From positions 1,152,001 through 1,216,000 of the forward strand of contig OY843751.1 in assembly GCA_963693055.1 (NCBI GenBank): DNA of 64,000 nucleotides, written 5' to 3'. The stretch is from a bacterium (GTDB lineage Bacteria > Zhuqueibacterota > Zhuqueibacteria > Residuimicrobiales > Krinioviventaceae). Below the pieces are notes generated by a model. It had not been told where the DNA came from. It did no database searches and worked only from the letters and a program-made list of their open reading frames with translations. Shown here piece after piece: positions 1 through 8,851 of this stretch; within the stretch, counting starts at the first letter, position 1, and the number at the start of each line of letters is the position of its first letter. The translations under genes and the position numbers were made by a program.

Positions 1-120
1 AAAACATTAAAGATCATGTTGATTATTGCTTTAATTGGCATGCCTTTTGTGATCATGTACACATCTACTATATTTTGGATATTCAGGGGAAAGGTTAAGC
101 TGGATTCCAGTAGTTATTAA
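1..120 (+). CDS. cydB: cytochrome bd ubiquinol oxidase subunit II, C-terminal fragment (runs off 5' edge)
   Basis: Frame 1 reads [39 protein letters not shown], matching the characteristic CydB C-terminus (TL.IM...P.V..YT..YW.FRGKV). Not in the supplied ORF track. Confidence 0.85.
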   Translation, partial: KTLKIMLIIALIGMPFVIMYTSTIFWIFRGKVKLDSSSY

Positions 121-124
121 TTTC

Positions 125-156
125 AAGCGCATCAGTTAGCTGGTGCGCTTTTTTTT
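125..156 (+). terminator. intrinsic terminator after cydB
   Basis: aagcgcatcag-ttag-ctggtgcgctt, an 11-bp stem (one G-U pair), followed by a T run. It lies between convergent genes. Confidence 0.85.
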
Positions 157-1417
157 ATGCTATATGGTAGCCTGCAGGCAAGTCTGTTTCTTTTTGGCAA
201 TCCGGGCATAATCCCTGACTGAAACGTGCTTTGGTATGATTTGACATATAGGTTTCTACTTCGTGCCAGTACCCCTTATCATCCCTGATTTTTTTACAAC
301 TGGCACAAATAGGTAACAGTCCACTCAACTCTTTAACTTCATTAAGGGTTTTCGAAAGTTCATCAACCAGATTTTTCTGCTCTTTTTCAAGCTTTTTTTG
401 TTCAGTAATATTATTTAATATCAATAATTGACCAAAGTTTTGGTTCCCCTTTTTGTTAACAAGGGTTATTTTAATATCATAGCATGTTGTTTCGGGATTA
501 TTGATTTCCAGTTCTGTTCTTATTGCAGTATGTTTTTTAACCAGTTTAAGCAAATCAGGCCACTTTATCAATATTTCATTGATATTCTTACCCAAAAGAT
601 CATCGTTGTAATCCAAAATGTTATAAATAGCAGGATTTGCATCAACAATACGATCTTTGGAATCAATAACAAGCAAGCCCTCTGCCATGGTATCTACCAG
701 GTTGTGACGTGCTATAGGTAAAAGAATAAATATTTTAAATCTGTATATAGTATAAAAAAGAATGATTCCTGATATCATCATTGTTAGCGGAGTGATGTCA
801 AGGCCCGGTAGTGGATTTATTTTAAAAACATAAATAATGTTGCCAATAAATGACATAAATGAAGCAACAAGAATTAATATGGTTTGGCTTTTATACTTTT
901 CCTTAAACCGCTTGGTTGCTAGTACAAGATTATAAATACCCAGTGTTAATATTAGATATGTAAAGGTAATAAAAACCCAAAAAAATAGTCCATAAGTGAA
1001 AAATACTCCGTTAGTAGATTTAACAATCACGAGCTTTTGCCAGATCAAATGATGATAGCTGTTTGTTGAGGAAAGTAATAGCGTTAATGCCGGAATAGAA
1101 AATATGAGAAAATAAAATCGTAGATTATATTTCTTGACTTTTTTATTGTATTGCAACGCAAACATGAAAAAGAATACTGCTGTAACACAAATTCCAATAT
1201 AAGAGATTTGTGACCATAACAGCTTGAGTTCCAATGTAGTTGCTGCAATTTTAAACGCGTTTCCAAAGGACCAAATTGTTACCGCAAATTCGAGCAGCGC
1301 CAGGTATTTGATTTCGAGATTAACACAATGTTTGCATATTATCAAGGCAACCAGTAAAGAAAAAGCGGCGACTGCTAAATAAATGTTACTGAAAATTGTG
1401 AAATGATAAAGTTGCAA
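155..1417 (-). CDS. HisKA_7TM + PAS membrane sensor with C-terminal Cys4 tail, no kinase or GGDEF domain (paralog A)
   Basis: Seven hydrophobic segments with KLLWSQISYIG and DITP motifs, PAS (EGLLVID..DRIVDANP), a coiled coil, then LLPICASCKKIRDDKGYW...SQGLCPDC. Confidence 0.85.
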   Translation of the reverse strand: MQLYHFTIFSNIYLAVAAFSLLVALIICKHCVNLEIKYLALLEFAVTIWSFGNAFKIAATTLELKLLWSQISYIGICVTAVFFFMFALQYNKKVKKYNLRFYFLIFSIPALTLLLSSTNSYHHLIWQKLVIVKSTNGVFFTYGLFFWVFITFTYLILTLGIYNLVLATKRFKEKYKSQTILILVASFMSFIGNIIYVFKINPLPGLDITPLTMMISGIILFYTIYRFKIFILLPIARHNLVDTMAEGLLVIDSKDRIVDANPAIYNILDYNDDLLGKNINEILIKWPDLLKLVKKHTAIRTELEINNPETTCYDIKITLVNKKGNQNFGQLLILNNITEQKKLEKEQKNLVDELSKTLNEVKELSGLLPICASCKKIRDDKGYWHEVETYMSNHTKARFSQGLCPDCQKETDLPAGYHIA

Positions 1418-1482
1418 GTATTTATCCTTATTGTTAAAATATATAAAAAAGCAGACTCTAAAATCTATATGGACTGCATTTA

Positions 1483-2748
1483 TCAGGTTTTAGAAAATTC
1501 CGGGTATAGACGGTTTCTGCATTCCGGACAAATACCATGCGTAAAATGTGCTTTAGAATGGTTCATTACAAATGCTTCAACCTGATGCCAATAGCCTTTA
1601 TCGTCACGGATCTTTTTGCATTTTCCGCAGATTGGCATTAGCCCATTTAATTGTTTTACCTGGGCAATTGCATTTTGCAATTCTTTGATGAGTTCTTCTC
1701 TTTCTTTTGCCATTACAACTCTGGGGGTAATATCGTCCAGAATGATTAATTTACCAAAAGATACCTGATCTCTTTGCCGGATTCTGTTTATTCTAACCTG
1801 ATAGTATTTATCATCTCCGTTTATGTTTAAAAAGATGGTTTGATCTTTTTCTTCATTTTCTATAATTGTTAAAAGCTCGGGTAAAGATTTTAATTTTTCA
1901 TTTATTTGAAAGCTTATTAATTTTTTTGCAGGGGCATTGAATAAATTACTCATGACCGGGTTAATATCAACTATCCTGTCTAAATCATCAATTGCTAACA
2001 AGCCATTTTGCATTTCATCTACCAATTGGTGTCTTGCAAAAGGGACCAGATCAAACAATTTGTTTTTGGTAACCGCAATATAAAAGATCAAACCTGTAAA
2101 TATCATACCTATTGGTGTGAGATCCAAATTGAGAGTTAGATCTATATTGAGGACGTACATCAAGTTACCAATTATAGGTATAATTGTGGCAATTACAAGA
2201 GTAATGATTTGGGTTTTGTAGAATTGGGGGAATTTGAAAAAAGATTTAAAAACCATTATATATGAAATAAAGATCAAATTATAGCTATATACAGTGTTCA
2301 TCCAATATAATGGTCCATGGTAGTATTTAGCAATGTTATACTTTGGCCCAATTTCAATCATTGTCCAAAGAAGTGTATAATTGTTTTTATAGAAAACATT
2401 AAACAAGATAATCATTGGAAAGATTGAGAGTATTGCCACTGTCTTTTTATTTATGAAATTATGTTTTTGCGTAAAGGCTAGTGCAAACAAAAAGAATAAA
2501 GCTGGGGATGTTACTATTCCTAAATAGGAAATTTGAGACCATAATAACTTTTGTTCTGTACCCGTTCCCGCAACTTCGAATCCGGCACACACAGCCCAAA
2601 TTGCTACAGCAAATTCAAGTGCTGCCAAGTAACGGGTTTCCTGAATTTGTCGTTTTTTTAATAGGATAAATATTACAAACAGAGCAAAAGCAGCTGAATA
2701 AAAATATATGTTACTTAATATTGAAAAATTATAATGTTCCATATACAT
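1483..2748 (-). CDS. HisKA_7TM + PAS membrane sensor with C-terminal Cys4/His tail (paralog B)
   Basis: Collinear with paralog A over its full length. Tail is LMPICGKCKKIRDDKGYW...FTHGICPEC. Confidence 0.85.
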   Translation of the reverse strand: MYMEHYNFSILSNIYFYSAAFALFVIFILLKKRQIQETRYLAALEFAVAIWAVCAGFEVAGTGTEQKLLWSQISYLGIVTSPALFFLFALAFTQKHNFINKKTVAILSIFPMIILFNVFYKNNYTLLWTMIEIGPKYNIAKYYHGPLYWMNTVYSYNLIFISYIMVFKSFFKFPQFYKTQIITLVIATIIPIIGNLMYVLNIDLTLNLDLTPIGMIFTGLIFYIAVTKNKLFDLVPFARHQLVDEMQNGLLAIDDLDRIVDINPVMSNLFNAPAKKLISFQINEKLKSLPELLTIIENEEKDQTIFLNINGDDKYYQVRINRIRQRDQVSFGKLIILDDITPRVVMAKEREELIKELQNAIAQVKQLNGLMPICGKCKKIRDDKGYWHQVEAFVMNHSKAHFTHGICPECRNRLYPEFSKT

Positions 2749-2843
2749 AAATCACACAGATGGTTTATTGGAAAAATAATTTTAAATTCAAGATTTTTTC
2801 TCATCAAAGTTAATGAAAATGTTCTATTCTTACAATACTTTTA

Positions 2844-3536
2844 TCAAAATCCTATAGAAATACCCAATTGGAATGTTAATAGATTTGTTCTGTCTTTGAC
2901 TGTATCAAAAATGACCTTGTTGCCATCTGTATGGTTATAACCGGTTATCATACTCGTCTCTCCACCATATAAATAACGTAACCGCAAATCAAACCACAAA
3001 TCTTTAAATGCATTTTCTTCATTTGATGATGCAAAATTATAAATATGATACATGAAACCGGCTCCTGCCCCATAACATAAAACTTGATCTTTTTCTGTCG
3101 TTTCAAAGGTTGAACCGTCTTCCACAATACCGTAAATAGGGCCGGTAACTCCTCCGGACTCTGCAAAGAGATGCTGAAAGCCCAGCATTGCATCAAAGTA
3201 TGGACGAAAAGTATCGTTTGATATCTGGGTACGAAAAATTAAAAGACCGATTATAGTGCCTTGTATGGATTCCCCGGAAATCTTGCCGGTTGGTGTGTTG
3301 AATTCTAGTTTGTCGGGATCGAAAAAAAGTGCACTTGCTTCGATTCCTGCCCAAAAGGGGCTGTCACCCAATGACATCAAAAAAGAACCATCAAAACCGT
3401 AACCAAAATCGTTTACATTTTCTTTGAATTCACCGCTTGTTAAACCCATTACAGGATGAAAATTTAAATATACATTTTGTGAAAAAGAGATACCGGAAAC
3501 AAGTAAAATAAAGATTATTAAGAGTTTTGATTTCAT
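2844..3536 (-). CDS. outer-membrane beta-barrel protein (small, OmpA/OMP_b-brl-like)
   Basis: Sec signal peptide, alternating amphipathic strands (YFDAMLGFQH, WFDLRLRY) and a terminal beta-signal FQLGISIGF ending in Phe. Confidence 0.7.
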   Translation of the reverse strand: MKSKLLIIFILLVSGISFSQNVYLNFHPVMGLTSGEFKENVNDFGYGFDGSFLMSLGDSPFWAGIEASALFFDPDKLEFNTPTGKISGESIQGTIIGLLIFRTQISNDTFRPYFDAMLGFQHLFAESGGVTGPIYGIVEDGSTFETTEKDQVLCYGAGAGFMYHIYNFASSNEENAFKDLWFDLRLRYLYGGETSMITGYNHTDGNKVIFDTVKDRTNLLTFQLGISIGF

Positions 3537-3603
3537 GTTTTCCTCTGTCTTGTACGTATGTTTTTTAGACGAAAAATCTGTACACGGGTTTCAAAGTATC
3601 AAG

Positions 3604-4376
3604 CTACTTGTTATATATGCAATAATTTTCTTCAGGAGCACGTTGTGGAATTTCAGGTATATTTGTCTGGTGCCCTACTAGAATTACCGCAAAATTATAA
3701 TGGGAATCTGATGATCCATATTTCTTACGGAAATTTCCTGATCTATCAACTCTCCTCTGTAAAGCAGGCCGCTCCCAGGCCATGCGCATGAATTGCAAGC
3801 AGCATGTTTTGCGCGCACATGGCTGCATCCATTGCCGGAGCAAAGGTTTCATCGCTATATAGAGTGTCTACAATGATATGTATTTGAATTGGGCTTTATC
3901 AAGCATGCTTTGGTTAGAACTATTGCCTATTGTTATATTTTCGATCTTGTTTTCTATGATGATGAATTTCCATGGCTGACGATTAAAGGCAAAAGGGGCC
4001 CAGGTACCTGCTTTGACGATCTGTCCAATCAGGCTCCGGGAAACGGTTTTGGGTTTCCTACAGCGTATACTGCGTATGGAAAAGATGGCAGAAAAGAGAT
4101 CATCTTGTTTGGGGTTTAAGAGATTTGATAAATTGATTTGTTAGTTTTCTTGTTTGAGCCAATTTTTTAATAATTCAACCTTTCACGGGACCACTGTATG
4201 CCTGGTGTAATGTTTTTTGCTAGTTTGTTCCATTGTTCCAATAGTGTGAATAGTTCTTTTGATACGTCATCGAGTTTTACGTAATCCGGCTTTTCATTTT
4301 GTGTCAGTACATCAGGTGAATATGCATAATATCTTAAATTTTGACACAATCGATCCAAATCGGTTTGAGTTTTCAG
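3604..4376 (-). pseudogene. nitroreductase-family pseudogene (multiple stops and frameshifts)
   Basis: Minus-strand fragments in different frames: DLFSAIFSIRSIRCRKPKTVSRSLIGQIVKAGTWAPFAFNRQPWKFIII* (about 4101-3933), MDAAMCAQNMLLAIHAHGLGAAC (about 3886-3746) and AVILVGHQTNIPEIPQRAPEENYCIYN* (to 3604). These are the classic RSIR / APS..N.QPW / AQN..LAA...GLG motifs. Confidence 0.8.
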
Positions 4377-4412
4377 GGTTCTATCCTGTATTGTTGTTAA
4401 TTAAAAAGTGCT

Positions 4413-5531
4413 TTAAATTTCGAGATGAAATGGTGTTTTATGATATTTATCGCCATTGATTAAAAGCTCTATAGAATGAACCCCTGAATAAAACTTGCGT
4501 GTTGAAAGTGGCATGAATTTATGTTTTTTTACAATACTCAATTTTTCAAAGGGTTTGATTTGTTTTTTTGATATTTTAAAAACTTTGGGAGCTGTTTTTC
4601 CATTCGCTTTAACAAAGTGCACCAGGTAATCTATCATCAGGTTTTGTGGAGAGTCTTGTTTGGATTCAATTGAGAGATGGATTGTTAATTCTTGCCCCAT
4701 TTTTATTTTAGTTGGATTTAGGTTTATTTTGCTGACCTCAATTTGTGGAGCAGCAGTGTATCCTAATAGCTCCAGGGCATCTTTATTGCCTTGTTTAACC
4801 AGCGTTCTTGCCGCATGGCTTATAATCCATTGTGTACCCTTGTTTTTTATTTTTTGCCATTCTTTCAAAGTGTTTACAATAATTTGGGGATTGTCTTTGG
4901 CTATATCATTGAGGTTGTTAGCTACCGATCTGCGAACATATAACTCTTGATCCGTTTTTAATAGTTCAAGTAATTCAATAACCGGTTTCGGATCTTTTTG
5001 GAACATTTTTAATTGTCTTCCCAATGGTAATCGTGGACGCGTGCCTTCAGACACCAACCGACGAACATGGCAGTTGGAATCGTGGGCCCAGGTTCTTAGA
5101 ATTTTTAATGTTTTTTCTGGCTCTGATTCTATAAAGTACCCCAAGTCTCCCTCGGCGGAAAAACGTTTGGTCATTTCATATAATGCATTCATGGATAAAT
5201 CATAATGCTCAATACCATACTTGCTAACATAACGGGTTTGTGGAATGATAATAAAACCATTATAGCCGCTCAAGTTGTTTTGTTCCAGCTCGGGTTCCAA
5301 TGCATTCAGCAGGATTTTAACAGCTTGATGGTAAGATTTGGGCAAAAATTGATATAAAGCATCAGTGATTAATGCAGACCTTTCGCCATATTGCAACTCA
5401 TTCAGAGTTGGCAATATAGAATCCAGAAATCCTTTTTCATCAAAAGAAGGCCAGGATTGTGATAAACGTATTGCAAATCTTGTTACTACTTTTTTATTAA
5501 AAACATTTCTAAATTGAAATCCTGTTTCCAT
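4413..5531 (-). CDS. AlkC-type HEAT-like repeat DNA alkylation repair glycosylase with C-terminal Ig-like domain
   Basis: RFSAE and HVRRLVSEGTRPRLP motifs, YVRRSVANNLNDIAKD, and C-terminal IDYLVHFVKANGK..PKVFK. Start is probably ATG 5531 or 5555 rather than TTG 5603. Confidence 0.85.
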   Translation of the reverse strand: METGFQFRNVFNKKVVTRFAIRLSQSWPSFDEKGFLDSILPTLNELQYGERSALITDALYQFLPKSYHQAVKILLNALEPELEQNNLSGYNGFIIIPQTRYVSKYGIEHYDLSMNALYEMTKRFSAEGDLGYFIESEPEKTLKILRTWAHDSNCHVRRLVSEGTRPRLPLGRQLKMFQKDPKPVIELLELLKTDQELYVRRSVANNLNDIAKDNPQIIVNTLKEWQKIKNKGTQWIISHAARTLVKQGNKDALELLGYTAAPQIEVSKINLNPTKIKMGQELTIHLSIESKQDSPQNLMIDYLVHFVKANGKTAPKVFKISKKQIKPFEKLSIVKKHKFMPLSTRKFYSGVHSIELLINGDKYHKTPFHLEI

Positions 5532-5780
5532 TATTTTATCCGTTTTCTTGTTCATGTGATATTTGTACAAATCTTGGTTTTTGATTCTGTTAAAAATTTT
5601 CAAGTAAAGTATTGATAAATTACAGGTTTTGTAGTAAATTAACAGAATTATTTACTCATAGGGATTTTCTTTTTGTATTTTCTGAATATATGAAATATAT
5701 TATGGAAAATGAAAAATCATTTTATTTGAATTAAACAGATTTAATGATTTGTCTAAAAAATATTTGCTTTGATGAAAATA

Positions 5781-5809
5781 TTGATTTTTAATAGTTTATT
5801 TATTATATT
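5781..5809 (+). promoter_or_regulatory. putative sigma70-type promoter of the capsule locus
   Basis: TTGATT-N17-TATATT. The same TTGANN-N17-TATATT pattern precedes genes at 37563 and 63306. A second candidate is TTGATA-N17-TAAATT at 5612-5640. The region is AT-rich, so chance matches are possible. Confidence 0.5.
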
Positions 5810-5904
5810 GGTTGTTGTAAAGAGAACCGGGAATTGCCATCAAACTAATACTAAATTGATAATCAAAAGTTGGAATTGAAAAATAACAACAGGTGTTATT
5901 GAAA

Positions 5905-6399
5905 ATGAAAAAGAATCTTGTTCTGGTTTTATTGTTTTTGTTTGCGGTTACTGTATCGGCACAAACGGGTATGCCATCATCTGCTGGAGCTGGTGCGTCA
6001 CAATATGTGCTTGGGAATAGCGATGAAGTTTTAATGCCCGTTAATGTTTGGGGTTTTGTTGGAAAACCAGGTCAATATATGGTACCCTACAAGACAGATT
6101 TGGTGTCACTTTTATCTTATGCAGGTGGTCCACTTGAAGAAGCAAAGATAAAAAGCATTCGCGTGGTTCGCAGTGGGAAAAGCGGTGAGGAAGGTCAAGT
6201 CATTGAAGTGAATGTGAAGGAATTTATTGAAAAAGGAAGCAGTGAACTTATTCCGGTTTTAGAACCTGGTGATACAATTGTTGTTTCTGGTACTACTTTT
6301 AATTTTGTAAGAAACAGTTTGCAATTTGTAGTCCAGGTTGCAGCACTTGCTCAGATTTATGCAATTATAGAGTATTATACTGCAAGAGCCAACGATTAA
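5905..6399 (+). CDS. SLBB-domain polysaccharide export protein (short Wza/OPX-like)
   Basis: Signal peptide, VNVWGFVGKPGQY...LLSYAGGP...LEPGDTIVV (SLBB) and a C-terminal amphipathic helix. Lies directly upstream of wzc. Confidence 0.8.
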   Translation: MKKNLVLVLLFLFAVTVSAQTGMPSSAGAGASQYVLGNSDEVLMPVNVWGFVGKPGQYMVPYKTDLVSLLSYAGGPLEEAKIKSIRVVRSGKSGEEGQVIEVNVKEFIEKGSSELIPVLEPGDTIVVSGTTFNFVRNSLQFVVQVAALAQIYAIIEYYTARAND

Positions 6400-6428
6400 T
6401 AGTAATTGAAATTATTGGGAAAACAAGA

Positions 6429-8831
6429 ATGAATACATACAAAGAACCTACAAACGGCAATGGTCAACAACCAATGAATTTTTTGTCATCGCAAGAGACC
6501 CAATTTAATTTTCAGGATTATATGCGGGTGATCTACAAGGGCCGTTTTGTAATTATGGTTTCGTTTATTTTAATAATGTTTGTTACTGTTTATTATACTT
6601 TTACTACTGAACCCGTTTATGAAGCATCCGCAAAGATCATGATTGAAGATCAACAAGGTGTAGGTGAGTCTCTGTTCGATATTTCTTCAATGATGAAAAA
6701 AGAAACCATGATCAATAACCAGGTTGAGATCCTAAAAAGCCGTACTTTGGCAGAGCAAGTAATTAAAAAACTACAAGCTTCGAAATATGCAAATGAATTG
6801 CGTATTTTGGGCAACTATCCCGAAGGTGAACAACCCAAAGAGGGCATAGTCTCTTCATTAAAGGATTTTATCAAAGGTGTTCTTTCCGGTAAAGGTGCGG
6901 AAGATGAGACAGATGAGGATATTTTTAATGGTTTTGTTCAGGATTTGAGGGATGTAATTGCAATCAGTCCTATTCGTAATACCGATATGATAGAAATAAA
7001 AGTGAGTGCGTTTTCTGCAAAAGAAGCTGCTTATTTGACAAATATTGTTGCTGATGTTTATAGTGAAATGAATCGTGATGATAGCCAGGCAGAGGTGCGA
7101 CAGGTAAAAGATTTTTTGGAAGATCAATTGGCACAATATGAAAGTGATTTGTCAAATTCTGAGGAAGATTTGAAAAATTATCGCGAGACTGCCAAAGTTA
7201 TCGCGTTGGATACAGAAACACAAGAACTGATTGAAAAACTGACAGATTTTGAAACTTTGTATAACGAAGCAAAAACTTCAATTGAAGCAGCAAGACAACG
7301 TTTGAAATATATTGATGGGCAATTGAGTAAGCAACAACTGAATCTGGATGTTGAAGCAATTTCTTCACGTCCTTATCTCGAAGAATTGAAACGACAGATT
7401 GCAGAAAAAGAAGCTGAACTTTCTTCAATGATTGGTTCAATGATATTTGTTGGTGAAGATTATGAGAACAACTATAAAATTAATTCTTTACGAAAACAGA
7501 TTGAATCTCAAAAAGAAAAGTTTAAAACCGAAGTTGAAAAAATTGCTGCTACTGAATTTATTGATCCCTCAGTAATGTCAAGTACATTGATTACAAGTAA
7601 GATTGAAGTAGAAACAGAAATCCAATCCCTGCAACCCCGTGTAAATGAATTGGGAAAACTTGTAGATCAATATCGGGGTGAACTTGAAGGCCTTCCGGAA
7701 AAAAGTTTGAAACTTGCACGACTTGAACGTGATGCCAAGGTACAGGAAAAAATATTTTTAATGCTGCAGGAGAAATATCAGGAATCTCGTATTACTGAAG
7801 TTGGTCAATTGGGTATTGTACAAATCATTGATTATGCCAAGGCTCCCGATGATCCTGTGAAACCCAAGAAAAAAGTGAATTTGATTCTTGGTTTTATGCT
7901 GGGCATTGGATTGGGTGTAGGTATAGCTTTTGTTATAGATTATTTTGACAATTCAATAAATACTATTGAAGATGTAGAACGTCTTCATTTGCCTTTAATG
8001 GCCACTATTCCATTTATAAAACCTGAACAGGGAAATGGTGTTTTGGACCGTATGCGATCTGTTGATGATACGGAAGCTCAAGATATTAATGAGCGTTTAA
8101 TTACGCATCTTAAGCCCAAATCACCTATTTCGGAAGCTTATCGTACTTTACGTACCAATATTACATTTACTGCTCCTGAAAATCCCAAAAAAGTAATTAT
8201 GGTTACCAGTAGTGGTCCCAAGGAAGGAAAGTCTACATCCATTTCAAATCTCGCAATTACCATTTCTCAAATGGGATCAAAGACGTTGCTGATTGATGCG
8301 GATCTTCGTCGTCCTATGCTGCACAAGTTATTTGGTAAGGAAAAGCAATCCGGTTTAACCAATATTCTTGTAGGCAAAGATACTATAGAATCTGCTGTTA
8401 AAGAGATTGGCAACTTACCCAATTTGCATTTGTTGACTTGTGGTATTTTACCCCCAAATCCGGCTGAACTTTTGGGTTCTGTGCAAATGAAAGAATTTTT
8501 AAAAGATGTTAAAGAAAAATATGATATGATTTTAATAGATACTCCGCCTATTATTGCTGTAACGGATTCATCAGTCTTGTCTACAATGGTAGATGGTGTA
8601 ATACTGGTTGTTCGCTCGGCCCAGAGCAAGCGAGAAGCCGTTGTTCATGCGGTTGAACAATTAAAGCGTGTTGAGGCACCGGTATTGGGTGTTCTGCTTA
8701 ACGGTATACAGGCCAAGAATGTTTATGGCTCATATTATTATTATAATTACTATCATTACTATTATGGTGCTGATGGTGAAAAGAAAAAAAAGCGTACCAA
8801 AAAACGTAGAAAAACCAAAACTACATACTAG
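6429..8831 (+). CDS. wzc: polysaccharide co-polymerase / BY-tyrosine autokinase
   Basis: Two TM segments flanking a coiled-coil periplasmic domain, Walker A GPKEGKS, A' IDADLRRP, B IDTPP and Tyr cluster YGSYYYYNYYHYYYG. Confidence 0.95.
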   Translation: MNTYKEPTNGNGQQPMNFLSSQETQFNFQDYMRVIYKGRFVIMVSFILIMFVTVYYTFTTEPVYEASAKIMIEDQQGVGESLFDISSMMKKETMINNQVEILKSRTLAEQVIKKLQASKYANELRILGNYPEGEQPKEGIVSSLKDFIKGVLSGKGAEDETDEDIFNGFVQDLRDVIAISPIRNTDMIEIKVSAFSAKEAAYLTNIVADVYSEMNRDDSQAEVRQVKDFLEDQLAQYESDLSNSEEDLKNYRETAKVIALDTETQELIEKLTDFETLYNEAKTSIEAARQRLKYIDGQLSKQQLNLDVEAISSRPYLEELKRQIAEKEAELSSMIGSMIFVGEDYENNYKINSLRKQIESQKEKFKTEVEKIAATEFIDPSVMSSTLITSKIEVETEIQSLQPRVNELGKLVDQYRGELEGLPEKSLKLARLERDAKVQEKIFLMLQEKYQESRITEVGQLGIVQIIDYAKAPDDPVKPKKKVNLILGFMLGIGLGVGIAFVIDYFDNSINTIEDVERLHLPLMATIPFIKPEQGNGVLDRMRSVDDTEAQDINERLITHLKPKSPISEAYRTLRTNITFTAPENPKKVIMVTSSGPKEGKSTSISNLAITISQMGSKTLLIDADLRRPMLHKLFGKEKQSGLTNILVGKDTIESAVKEIGNLPNLHLLTCGILPPNPAELLGSVQMKEFLKDVKEKYDMILIDTPPIIAVTDSSVLSTMVDGVILVVRSAQSKREAVVHAVEQLKRVEAPVLGVLLNGIQAKNVYGSYYYYNYYHYYYGADGEKKKKRTKKRRKTKTTY

Positions 8832-8851
8832 AACATCGATTATTGTAAGAT

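Noticed and set aside
3558-4459. Short ORFs on both strands (3558, 3604, 3889, 4167, 4259)
   Set aside because: Explained as fragments or antisense shadows of the nitroreductase pseudogene.
5810-5904. Possible JUMPstart/ops antitermination element in the capsule leader
   Set aside because: No GGCGGTAG-like motif is visible and there is no NusG/UpxY paralog in the locus.
8725-8770. (TAT/TAC)-rich microsatellite-like run
   Set aside because: It encodes the normal Wzc C-terminal tyrosine cluster and is not a contingency repeat.
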